Source of the DNA: Octopus vulgaris
Lineage: Eukaryota
Length of the DNA stretch: 64,000 nucleotides
Assembly: GCA_951406725.2 (NCBI GenBank)
Contig: OX597823.1
Coordinates: 10,602,001-10,666,000, forward strand
Direction: 5' to 3'
Part shown: positions 40,752-51,976 of the stretch, piece by piece
How the letters are laid out: each line of letters begins with the position of its first letter
Numbering within the stretch: position 1 is the first letter of the stretch
Translations under genes and position numbers: made by a program
The notes under the pieces: model-generated
What the model was told of the DNA's origin: nothing
The model's database searches: none
The model's input: the letters and a program-made list of their open reading frames with translations, nothing else

Positions 40752-41297
40752 GAATATTGTTGGAGGCCTAGTGAGGTTTATTGCCTGCTTTAATACTTTT
40801 TAACGTTAACAACGTTATTTAGCATTAATAACTTTTTGCGGGTAATAGACTTCACTTTGCTTCGGATATATTTTTTTCCGCCTGTCGTTGTATTTAATGT
40901 CTCACTGTTTAGTGAGAATTGTGTTTTTTGAGGAGACATAGCCCCTCCTCAGAAATATTTTTGACTCATTGGAGTACCAATTTCACTTTTGGATGACCAC
41001 ACGTGGAATATTGAACTGTTTGGCAACAGCAGGTAGGACTTTTTGAATATTTTTAGAGACCTAGCGAGGTTTATTGCCTGCCATTAATACTTTTTAACGT
41101 CAACGTTAATTAGCGTTAATAATTTTTTGCGGGTAATAGACTTCGTTTTGCTTCAGATATATTTTTCTGCCTGTTGTATTAAAGTCTCACGTTTTAGTGA
41201 GAAGTGTGTTTTTTGAGGAGGCGTAGCCCCTCCTCAAAAATAATTTAATTCATTGGAGTACCCATTTCGCTTTTGGATTACCACACGTGGAATATTG
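40752..41297 (+). repeat. ~293-bp direct repeat (x2) in the 5' UTR
   Basis: GAATAT..CCTAG.GAGGTTTATTGCCTGC at 40752 and 41045; both copies run to CACACGTGGAATATTG. Confidence 0.88.
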
Positions 41298-41572
41298 CAC
41301 CTTTGGATTACCAGGAGGCACCAATGACATTCATGGACTGTTTTACAAGCACCTGAATTACCAAGGATTGCCGTGACGTTTGGCCTGGACTACCTTTTCG
41401 GCCCCCAAAAAAAAAATTCTTTGCCACATTTAAACTTCTTCCTCTAGCTATCCTTTGTTTGAACTCCGAACTCTTTTTATTGTAACTCTCGTTTCCATTT
41501 TGTTTTTTCTCCCCTCTTTCTGTCACTTTTGTGTTTTTCCTATTCGAACTGTATTTACATTTTTTGTTAAAA

Positions 41573-42787
41573 ATGGCAAAGGAACTGATTGTTTGGGAGC
41601 TGGAAGCTCCCAAAAAATATGTCAAACAGCTCGAGGATAAAACCGTGGTACTGAGGACTTATTCAAGGTCGCTCAACGCTATCATGGTTTTTCCGAAGGC
41701 GAAAATTATTGAAGAGCTGGCAGACCACATGCCAGCCGTGAAATATATCACACGGGGAGCCAAATACGCAACGGTTTGGTTACTGTTTGACTCCCCAAAA
41801 GATGCTTGCGATTTTGCAAGCAAGCCCATTGAGGGCAAAGAAATCTTGTTTCTCCCTAGTTACAAGGGAGAAAAATTGACAAGACTATGGGTCTGCGGCC
41901 TGCCACCCGGCATTGAATCCGAGTGGATAGAAGACTCTATCCGCCGGGGTCTGGGTGACAGGGACGCAAAAATCCTAAATGTCAATATACAGCCTGCGGC
42001 TGATTGGGAGGGGTCTAAGGCTACCTTAACCCTATGGACCCAGTGAGCCAAGAGTCTGGTTTTGCCGGACTTTTTGAGAATGGCCGGGTCCAAGTATCCG
42101 GTGATGCTTGAAGGACGCCCCCCTCCCCCCAAGTGTCACCTGTGTTTGGAAACCGGCCACATCAAGAAGAGCTGCCCCAGGGACCAGAGTAGGATCCTGG
42201 AGCGGCTGATATTGGAGCCTCTCCCTGCCTCTTCAATGGAGGGAGAGAAGCAAAGTGAGGAGGGGGAAAAATCCTCCTCCAAAAAAAAGAGAAAGGTGGG
42301 GAGCAATGGCGACCCACCAAAGGACCTGAAAGCTGCGGGAGAGGAGAACCCGGTGCGCACAGCTCCGGAACCTCAGCCTCCCGTGGCCCAGGGCCAGAAG
42401 AAAAAGAAAAAAAAGAGAAACGGAGCGCCGTTGGCGGATTGCTACACGCAGACGGCGGTTCCCGAGTATCCCGGGTCCTCTCAGGCGGCACACCCGCCTG
42501 AGGGACAATTCGTGGAAGATTTTGTGCTCCTCTTTTTTAAAGGAAAAAAGGTGGAAAGCACCGTAAGAAAAGTGAGAAAGAGAGGACGCTGGGAGGTACT
42601 CCGGTCCTGTACGGAGAACCCCGAGTGGCCTTCGCAGTTGGCTGCGGAGGTCGTGGGAAGGGTTGATCTACACAGGATCGTGGGTTCCTTCCCAGCGGAC
42701 TCCTTCGAGATTATACCTCTGGACACCGACCTGACCAGCGAGTATTGCCTCGATGAGGCAAGAGCGATGGTCGGCCGGGTCACATAG
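41573..42787 (+). pseudogene. LINE ORF1p-like nucleic-acid-binding protein (RRM-like + CCHC zinc knuckle), 404 codons, one in-frame TGA at 42044
   Basis: ORFs 41531 and 42062 are in the same frame; AAAATGG start; TRLWVCGLPPGI..EW, YPVMLEGRP, CHLCLETGHIKKSC (CX2CX4HX4C), basic KKKRK tracts. Confidence 0.85.
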
Positions 42788-42792
42788 GCTGT

Positions 42793-43250
42793 GTAACATT
42801 TTGTAACATGTGAAAGAGGAGGTTTATTGCCTCCTCTAAAATTTGTAAAATTTGTAATTGAATGTTGATTTAAACATTTTTGTAACAGGTTGAAGAGGAG
42901 GTTTATTGCCTCCTCTAAAATTTGTAAATCGAATATTATGTGAACATTTTTGTAACATTTTGATGAGGAGGTTTATTGCCTCCTCTAAAATTTGTAAATC
43001 GAATATTATGTGAACATTTTTGTAACATTTTGATGAGGAGGTTTATTGCCTCCTCTAAAATTTGTAAATCGAATATTATGTGAACATTTTTGTAACATTT
43101 TGATGAGGAGGTTTATTGCCTCCTCTAAAATTTGTAAATCGAATATTATGTGAACATTTTTGTAACATTTTGATGAGGAGGTTTATTGCCTCCTCTAAAA
43201 TTTGTAAACTGAAAATCATTGTATTAAATGTAATTATTGAACATTGTTTT
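42793..43250 (+). repeat. 70-bp tandem repeat (x6), each unit with a GAGGAGGT-TTATT-GCCTCCTC hairpin
   Basis: Hairpin starts at 42816, 42895, 42965, 43035, 43105 and 43175. Confidence 0.95.
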
Positions 43251-43386
43251 AGAGAAGCGAGAGTCGGCGGGCGCTTTTTGACTTCTCCCATCACCATCTT
43301 CATCCACCACCACCATCATCCATTAATGTCTTTGTCCAGCCCGTAGCTACTCTGTGTGCTGCCCTAGTGGCAAAATTGTTGAAATA

Positions 43387-43681
43387 AAGTAGCTTGCTTA
43401 CCGACCACATGGTTCCGGGTTCAGTCCCACTGTGTGGCACTTTGGGCAAGTGTCTTCTACTATAGCCTCGGGCCGACCGAAGCCTTGTGAGTGGATTTGG
43501 TAGACGGAAACTGAAAGAAGCCCGTCGTATATATGTATATATATGTATATATACATATGTGTGTGTGTGTTTGTGTGTCTGTGTTTGTCCCCCAACATCA
43601 CTTGACAACCGATGCTGGTGTGTTTACGTCCCCGTAACTTAGCAGTTCGGCAAAAGAGACCGATAGAATAAGAACTAGGCT
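43387..43681 (+). mobile_element. SINE family A, 3' part of the split copy (5' part at 40631-40667)
   Basis: Continues exactly from the TSD. Confidence 0.9.
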
Positions 43682-44082
43682 TTCGATCCCATTGCGATGC
43701 ATTTGGGGCAAATGTTATTTTCTATAGTCTCGAATCTACCCAGAAATTGTCAACGAAAATCAATTGGTGAACGTAAGCTACCTTAAAGCTTGTAGGGTAG
43801 TTCGAGTGTTTCTCATTTAAAAGTATAACCTGTTGACACATCGTGTTACACTGATTTTTATTTGGGAATTACGTTAAAGGGCACACGTTAATTCAGGAGC
43901 ACGTAATTATCTAGATCGAAACAAATTCTCATCGTTGATTGACGAAGAACCATCTATCCATTGCAGTGTCTCGCTTAAGTAAAAATCATATTATATCAAA
44001 TAATGTAATGATATATTATTCTACATTATGCAGTATTGCGTACTGTTATGTGTTATAGGTACTACATTATGTATTTTATATT

Positions 44083-44364
44083 TATGCGCCCTTTTCAAGC
44101 CTAGCCAGGTTCATGGGCGTATGTGTTCCCTCCAGCTGGACGTGAAGGCCAGTCCATCGCAGCGTTACTCTAGAAACAGGAAGAAAGAGTGAGAGAAAGT
44201 TGGGGCGAAAGAGTACAAGGGGCGCCACCACCCACTGCCGGAGCCTCCTAGAACTTTAGGTGTTTTCGCTCAATAAACACACATAACGCCCGGTCTGGGA
44301 ATCGAAACCGCGATCCTCCGACCGAGAGTCCGCTGCCCTAACCACTGGGCCATTGCACCTCCGC
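44083..44364 (-). mobile_element. SINE family B, tail type 4 (V-domain-like)
   Basis: Same head; tail GCTGCGATGGACTGGCC...CCTGGCTAGGCTTGAAAAGGGCGC. Confidence 0.8.
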
Positions 44365-44406
44365 ATATTATGTCTATGATATATTTTATTCTTTGTTAAA
44401 AGTATT

Positions 44407-44842
44407 GGATCTCTTCGGTCTGAACGGCAGTTTTTTTCTAGCGGTGTTATATGAAATTGTCACCCATAATCATGACCCTAGTATCGATCTATTGCATTTC
44501 AATCTGTTTAGGGTTAGGGTTAGTTAGGGTTAGTTATGGTTAGGGGTGAGGGGAAGGGTATCTTTTTTTCTTCACAAATATAAATAAACCCAATCTGTTT
44601 CTTAAACGAGGGACATATTCATACGGCACAGAATGCTTTTTTACCTCAATAGTGTCAGTGATTGGTTGAAATTGCAGAAATTGAAGAAAAAAACAACAAA
44701 TATCTTACAAACTATAGAATTTTCTCAATAAAGCCAAGAGAAAAAGATGTTTTTTAAAGACATTCTACCAGTATACGAAGTTTAAAATTTTTTAGTTACC
44801 TAGAAATTATGTTAAAAACTGTTGTTCAAACAGAAAAAATCC
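44407..44842. mobile_element. MITE with 5'-GG TIRs, 8-bp TSD and internal TTAGGG (Merlin-like)
   Basis: GGATCTCTTCGGTCTGAACGGCAGTTTTT / AAAAACTGTTGTTCAAACAGAAAAAATCC; TSD AAAGTATT. Confidence 0.85.
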
Positions 44843-45120
44843 AAAGTATTTTCCTGCGGTTATTCAACATTTTGTCATGTGTTAATGATTTGTACTATGA
44901 TTTATATTGCGTAATATTAACACATTATTCTATTTTTCAATTACTACATTTCCTTCCGTTTATTACTATGTCGAAGTTATGTCCTTCCTATTATTATTAT
45001 TATCATTTTTGTCAGTGATGGTTGGGGTGAGGGTGGTGATGGTAGCCGTTGGATTTAGGTCAACGCTGATCGAAAAGTAGAACCTTACTGAAATTATGCT
45101 AAGGTAGGTAAATAATTCTC

Positions 45121-45535
45121 GGATCTTTTCAGTTTGAACGGCAGTTTTTTCTAGCGGTGTCATATGAAATTGTCACCCATAATTATGACCCTAGTATCGA
45201 TCTATTGCATTTCAATATGTTTTAGGGTTAGGGTTAGGGGTGGGGGAAGGGTATATTTTTTTCTTCAGAAATGTAAATAAACCCAATCTGTTTCTTAAAC
45301 GAGGGATATATTCATACGGCACAGAATGTTTTCACCTCAATAGACGGTCATTGATTGATTGAAATTGCAGAAATTGAAGAAAAAAACAACAAATATCTTA
45401 CAAGCTATAGAATTTTCTCAATAAAGCCAAGAGAAAAAGATGTTTTATAAACACATTCTACCAGTAAACGAAGTTTAAACTTTTTTAGTTACCTAGAAAT
45501 TATGTTAAAAACTGCCGTTCGAACCGAAAAGATCC
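45121..45535. mobile_element. second copy of the same MITE
   Basis: GGATCTTTTCAGTTTGAACGGCAGTTTTT / AAAAACTGCCGTTCGAACCGAAAAGATCC; TSD TAATTCTC. Confidence 0.88.
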
Positions 45536-45935
45536 TAATTCTCCGTCTATCTAAAGCAGGTAAGTAATTCCATAGCCTACTAAAGATTATTTTATTTTGT
45601 TACAGATCTCCCCAATCGCCAGACACGTAGCTGGAATGTATATAAGAGAAAAGTCTTCTTTCTTCTGATGAACAAACACAACGAACAAGAAGAATCACTT
45701 ATTTATCCCACTTCGTATGTTTCCAGTGTGTTAATTAAATTATAGGTGTTATTTTGGAAGATAAGAAAATAAAAAAATAAATCCCTTTGATGTTAAAGCA
45801 AAAGAAATCGCTTTTCGCGAAAACTCACTTTGCTAACTCAATTTTAATCTCGAATCCCCTCAGACAAATAAATAAATAGATAAAACAAATAAATACAAAA
45901 AAATAAATAAATAAGTACGAAAATGAATAAATGAA

Positions 45936-45974
<39 letters not shown>

Positions 45975-46147
45975 ATCCTCGTATTTTTTCGATCAAATTT
46001 TCAGCAAAACTAAACGAACATTACAAGAAATAAATTCATCATTCTATGAATCCACTCAACATGTTTACTTACCATCTTTCATGTAAAAAAAGAATAATCG
46101 AACACAAATGTAAAAAAAGTCTCGTTGAAATATGTGGAAATAAATAA

Positions 46148-46182
<35 letters not shown>

Positions 46183-46206
46183 CATGCATGCATACATACA
46201 TACATG

Positions 46207-46815
46207 CTCTTTCCTCTTTTACTTGTTTCAGTCATTTGACTGTGGCCTTGTTGGAGCACCGCCTTTAGTCGAGCAAACTTATTTCTTTATTTAAAAGCTT
46301 TTGTGGAGAAATTGTGTCTTTGCCCTGGTAGAAGGGGAAGACTGTGAAATTTGGTTTGATGTTATCTGCATATTTTTCTATATGTTTACTGAAAGGAATT
46401 TACCTGTATTGCGGGAGACGGATTTGCTCTTTATGTAGAGCCATTTTCCGTCTCAAGGTCATACGTGTCTGTCCAATATGCGTCTGTCCAATATTCTTTG
46501 TAAGTTTAGTACTTATTCTATCGGTTTCTTTTGCCGAACCGTTATATTACGGGGACGTAAACACACCAAGCGATGTTGTCAAGCGATGCTGGGGGGACAA
46601 GCACAGACACACAAACATACACACAGACACACACACGCGCACATATATATACGACGGGCTTCTTTCAGTTTCTGTCTACCAAATCCGCTCACAAGGCTTT
46701 GGTCGGCCCGAGGCTATAGTAGAAGTCACCTGCCCAAGGTGCCACGCAGTGGGACTGAACCCGGAACCATGCGGCTGGTGAGCAAGTCACTTACCACACA
46801 GTCACAACTGCGCTT
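46207..46815 (-). mobile_element. SINE family A interrupted by a PLE fragment
   Basis: Family A sequence at 46207-46280 and 46492-46815. Confidence 0.8.
46281..46492 (-). pseudogene. GIY-YIG endonuclease fragment from a second Penelope-like family
   Basis: IGQTRMTLRRKMALHKEQIRLPQYR*IPFSKHIEKYA...FTVFPFYQ...LLNKE. Confidence 0.75.
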
Positions 46816-47484
46816 ACACACACACACACACACACACAAATATATATATATGTTTCTTTATTACCCACAAGGGGCTAAACATAGAGGGGACAAACGAGGA
46901 CAGACAAACGGATTAAGTCGATTACATCGACCCCAGTGCGTAACTGGTACTTAATTTATCGACCCCGAAAGGATGAAAGGCAAAGTCGACCTCGGCGGAA
47001 TTCGAACTCAGAACGTAGCAACGGGCGAAATACCGCGAAGTACTTCGCCCGGCGTGCTGACGTCTCTGCCAGCTCGATATATATATATATATATCTTGTC
47101 GTTTGCGAGAAGAGACTCAATAGATAGCAGTGTGGTAGCTGCTCTACAAAGCAGTCACTCCGAACGGCAAGTGGTCCTTTTTGTCTCGATCTCTTCGAAT
47201 AAGTCGGGGCGGGACATCGACGACAACGGCGCGAACGCCGCCGCCGCCGATGTACCAAAATGGCAGTTCCGCCGGCGACGGAAAAATTAACGGAAAAGTT
47301 TTTTTTAAACTTTTCTTTTAATTTTTCCAAATTTAATTGTTTTCCATACTTACAGTTGTAAATGTCTCAATGACAGAAACCGGTACTGAAATGTTATTTA
47401 TAAAATTATTTTAGCATTTTCTATCTTGACATTTTTTCCATATATATCAACTCGTGTGTTCCTTTTCAACCTTCTACATATATA

Positions 47485-47772
47485 TATCACGTGATCACGT
47501 GACCGACCGGACCATCAGATGTTGTTACACATCGCTGGTCACAATGCCTTCGAATGACGCCCACCCGTTGGCTAAGCGAGCAGGCCAACAGAAGAAAGAG
47601 TGAGAGAAAGTGTGGTGAAAGAGTACAGCAGGGATCACCACCCCCTGCCGGAGCTTTGTGGAGCTTTTTAGGAGTTTTCGCTCAATAAACACTCACAACG
47701 CCCGGTCTAGGAATCGAAACCGCGATCCTACGACCGCGAGTCCGCTGCCCTAACCACTGGGCCATTGCGCCT

Positions 47773-47776
<4 letters not shown>
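47485..47776 (-). mobile_element. SINE family B, tail type 2
   Basis: Homologous to 1135-1448. Confidence 0.88.
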
Positions 47777-47834
<58 letters not shown>

Positions 47835-48311
47835 GAATGTATATACACACACATAATACTTTGTTTAAGTAATTCCGTTCTAAGGCATTTGTGTGTGGGT
47901 GTGTGGGTGTTAAATTCGGGGTGGAGGAATGGGGGTCAAAGCAAATAATAGTCAAATTTATTGTAGTATTCGTATTGACTAGGAGACTGAGTTTCGCCTG
48001 ACACCGTTTTCAACCGGTGTATTTGCGTTTTTGGTGATAACCCGATAATACTTCCGTGATAAGCGCAGTGTTTATTTTCTTGCAGATGAAGGACTAGTAT
48101 GTCCCTAATAGAGAATGCTTTTAATGGAATCGATACGCCTTTTTTTTTTTTTTTTTTTTTTGTCTGTGGTATCTAGGTAGCGTGTGGATGGATATATGGA
48201 AGAGAATGTGGAAGGATAGAATTATATACGTAAATATGGGTGTTGCTGGGCGTTGCGACATGTTGAAGGTATACAGAAGGAAAAACAAACTGAACCCAGG
48301 AGCACGTCTTA

Positions 48312-48347
<36 letters not shown>

Positions 48348-48707
48348 AGATAGGGGTTGAAAATTCAACCCACCATGGGATAATATATATCCAATATACT
48401 GCTAGATAGGTACCCAACAAAATTAATACATAGATGTTAAAAATTGTCAAACAATCAGTTCATCTATTGTATTATATGGGTAAAGGTAATAATATTACCG
48501 TAAATTAATACTACAAAATTAGAGAATGGAGAAACATACTTAAATCAGTAAAACATCAACTATCTGATGATACTCAATCTATACTTTAATACACCATTAC
48601 ATATGAGTAAAGGCAATATATAAAATGAAATGAGATATACAGTAATAGTAAAAAGATAAAGAGATATAAGTAAAAAATTTCAAATATAATATGCAAATAA
48701 ATCAAAA

Positions 48708-48815
48708 CTGACAGCTGTTTCGGCAGTGAGGGCAGTCATACCTCATTTAACCTATAAGCCATAAAGGCAGGTATAAATGAGGCATTAACAAGGATGCCCC
48801 ACGGCCTCTTCAGAG
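48708..48815 (-). ncRNA. type-I hammerhead ribozyme (mirror copy)
   Basis: Reverse complement of 49851-49958. Confidence 0.75.
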
Positions 48816-49179
48816 AATTAAATTAAATTTATTATAATAGTGAAAAATATTATATAATCATATACATATAAATATAAAAATATAAAAATGTAAAATATAA
48901 AAACTTATACATCATAATGCTACACTTATATAATATAATACACATTTGTACAAAAAAGGAAGGTAAACAGAACAAAATAAAACAAAATATATAACAGTGT
49001 ATATATTAATATTAATAAGTACCGATATTATACATATTTGGCTAATAGTTTTTTTTATAAAAAAAGGCTAACACATATGGAGATGAAAAATAATAATTAA
49101 AACCATGGTACAGTTCATAAAATTCTAAAGCTATAAAAGTTAATAAAAATTACTATTAATATTAATAATAATAATAATA

Positions 49180-49244
<65 letters not shown>

Positions 49245-49428
49245 TAATAAAAATAGATACAGTTAAGTTAGCACCAAGTCCATCCTTTCAAGATCGAAAT
49301 AACTATGAGTTAAGAAATGCTGACCACTAGGTAAAGAAAATTTAGATTACAGCATTTCTTAACTCATAGTTATTTCGATCTTGAAAGGATGGACTTGGTG
49401 CTAACTTAACTGTATCTATTTTTATTAC

Positions 49429-49486
<58 letters not shown>

Positions 49487-49850
49487 TATTATTATTATTA
49501 TTAATATTAATAGTAATTTTTATTAACTTTTATAGCTTTAGAATTTTATGAACTGTACCATGGTTTTAATTATTATTTTTCATCTCCATATGTGTTAGCC
49601 TTTTTTTATAAAAAAAACTATTAGCCAAATATGTATAATATCGGTACTTATTAATATTAATATATACACTGTTATATATTTTGTTTTATTTTGTTCTGTT
49701 TACCTTCCTTTTTTGTATAAATGTGTATTATATTATATAAGTGTAGCATTATGATGTATAAGTTTTTATATTTTACATTTTTATATTTTTATATTTATAT
49801 GTATATGATTATATAATATTTTTCACTATTATAATAAATTTAATTTAATT

Positions 49851-49958
49851 CTCTGAAGAGGCCGTGGGGCATCCTTGTTAATGCCTCATTTATACCTGCC
49901 TTTATGGCTTATAGGTTAAATGAGGTATGACTGCCCTCACTGCCGAAACAGCTGTCAG
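49851..49958 (+). ncRNA. type-I hammerhead ribozyme with extended stem II
   Basis: CT-CTGAAGA(49853)-GGC...GCC-GAAA(49945)-C-AGCT-GTC^AG: complete core, GUC triplet, palindromic stem III ACAGCTGT; stem II pairs GTGGGGCA/TGCCCTCAC and ATGCCTCATTTA/TAAATGAGGTAT. Confidence 0.78.
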
Positions 49959-50276
49959 TTTTGATTTATTTGCATATTATATTTGAAATTTTTTACTTAT
50001 ATCTCTTTATCTTTTTACTATTACTGTATATCTCATTTCATTTTATATATTGCCTTTACTCATATGTAATGGTGTATTAAAGTATAGATTGAGTATCATC
50101 GGATAGTTGATGTTTTACTGATTTAAGTATGTTTCTCCATTCTCTAATTTTGTAGTATTTATATATATATATATATATAATTTCAACAATTGAGGGTAAA
50201 ATTAATTAATTATTAATCAATTTCACCAAGTGTTCAGTATGCAAAGGGACCATTTAAGGCGAATTCAAATTATTAC

Positions 50277-50894
50277 ATTATATAAAAGGGCTTAGTAAAA
50301 TAAATTACTTCGCCGCATACTGAACTCATTAGAAATAGCAGCTAAAAAACTTTTTTAAAGCTATTTCTAATACTTAAAGAAAATCTCTCTCATATATAGC
50401 GTTTGCTTAATTCAACTCACAAAAGTTTGGGGTAAGGACATTAAAAAATCAAATGCTAAGGTTATTTGAGTACGTACGTTTCAAGATTAGTCAAAACAAC
50501 ATTTCTCTCTACAACTCAGAAATTCCTTGGTTTGGATTTGGAAACACTGAAAGTAAGAACATACCCTTTCGAAGATCCGCTCTTAGTTAAGAGCGGATCT
50601 TCGAAAGGGTATGTTCTTACTTTCAGTGTTTCCAAATCCAAACCAAGGAATTTCTGAGCTGTAGAGAGAAATGTTGTTTTGACTAATCTTGAAACGTACG
50701 TACTCAAATAACCTTAGCATTTGATTTTTTAATGTCCTTACCCCAAACTTTTGTGAGTTGAATTAAGCAAACGCTATATATGAGAGAGATTTTTTAAGTA
50801 TTAGAAATAGCTTTAAAAAAGTTTTTTAGCTGCTATTTCTAATGAGTTCAGTATGCGGCGAAGTAATTTATTTTACTAAGCCCTTTTATATAAT
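50277..50894. repeat. 0.62-kb near-perfect palindrome (2-bp centre at 50586)
   Basis: ...GATCCGCTCTTA gt TAAGAGCGGATC...; left extension 50179-50276; (TA)n on both sides. Confidence 0.95.
50655..50706 (+). ncRNA. hammerhead-like motif with U at core position 6
   Basis: TGAG-CTGTAGA-GAGA...TCTT-GAAA-C-GTAC-GTA^CTCA: all three stems pair, palindromic stem III loop; the mirror copy reads TTGTAGA. Confidence 0.6.
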
Positions 50895-50951
<57 letters not shown>

Positions 50952-51230
50952 ATACATACATGTATGTATATATATATGGGGTAGTATTTATACGCATGTG
51001 TGAGTGTGATTGTGTATACATGTATCTATAAAGAAGGGTGCGCTTATCTGTATATATATGCATGAATGCATATATATATATATATATATATATATACAAG
51101 TATGTCTATTGAGGCATACATATGCAATATACCTGTATCTATGCGAACGTGTGTGTGTGTATGTGCGTATATATGTGTGTACGCACAGATGCACAAATAT
51201 ATATATGTATGTATACATACATGTGTGTGT

Positions 51231-51265
<35 letters not shown>

Positions 51266-51976
51266 TGCGTGAGAATTTATACAATCCTAGAAAATATTTT
51301 TTGAAGAAAAGAAACAAAATATATCGAAATATTCAGAAAAGCAAATAGAGAAATACAAATTCTTTTAAAGCAAAGCAAAAAAAAGAAGTAATGGTAGAAT
51401 AAATAAAAAAAAGGACAAAATCTAAAAAGCTCAATTCCCATCCATCCCAGTTTCTTCTCTTGATAAAAGTAGCGAATCAGTTATTTAAAGTTGATCTGAG
51501 AAACAGTTAACGGTGTGAGAAGATGCGCCGTGGATATATACTTTCAAAATCCATTTTATGTTCAATGAAGCAAATGTTTGATTTCCTAAATGTCACTTTC
51601 GATATCCAAAGATATGCTTTAAAACCTATGCTATGGCTGAAAGCAACCTTGAATTTCAATGTTTTTTATTGCCGAATTATTATTATTATTATTATTATTA
51701 TTTCTTTGAATTTTATATTCATTTCAAAATCAATATAGATGACATGGTGAGATTTTTGAATGTAGTCAAATGTATTTTCGTTTTTTTTTTGTGATAGGTG
51801 TTTCGAAGGTCGACATAAGTGATTTTTAACATCATGAAATTGCTTAGCTTATATTTTTTATGTGCCTCGAGTCCCCTGAAACGTCATTGCGGTCGAATAT
51901 AATATAAAAAAAAAACATTCCCTAGATTTTTCTATGCATCCCGCCACCAGCTGTGTGTATGTATGTACGCACGTAT

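Larger units (their letters stand above)
40668..43386 (+). mobile_element. ORF1-only non-autonomous Tx1/L1-like retroelement (HAL1-like)
   Basis: 16-bp TSD AAGTAGCTTGCTTACC (40652, 43387) splitting a SINE A head; repeated 5' UTR; one ORF; tandem-repeat 3' UTR; ends at AATAAA; no RT or endonuclease. Confidence 0.85.
48507..50159. repeat. 1.65-kb near-perfect palindrome (arms ~815 bp, 27-bp spacer)
   Basis: 48507-49322 is the reverse complement of 49350-50159 with a few mismatches; the left arm extends to 48343; (TA)n on both sides. Confidence 0.95.

Noticed and set aside
42793-43250. CRISPR-like array of hairpin repeats
   Set aside because: The intervening sequences are identical rather than unique spacers, there are no cas genes, and the context is eukaryotic; it is a tandem repeat
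44508-44545. Telomere or chromosome-fusion site
   Set aside because: The TTAGGG units are internal to a TIR/TSD-bounded MITE present twice
50466-50707. Mirror 63-aa ORFs on both strands
   Set aside because: A consequence of the palindrome; TTG starts and no domain
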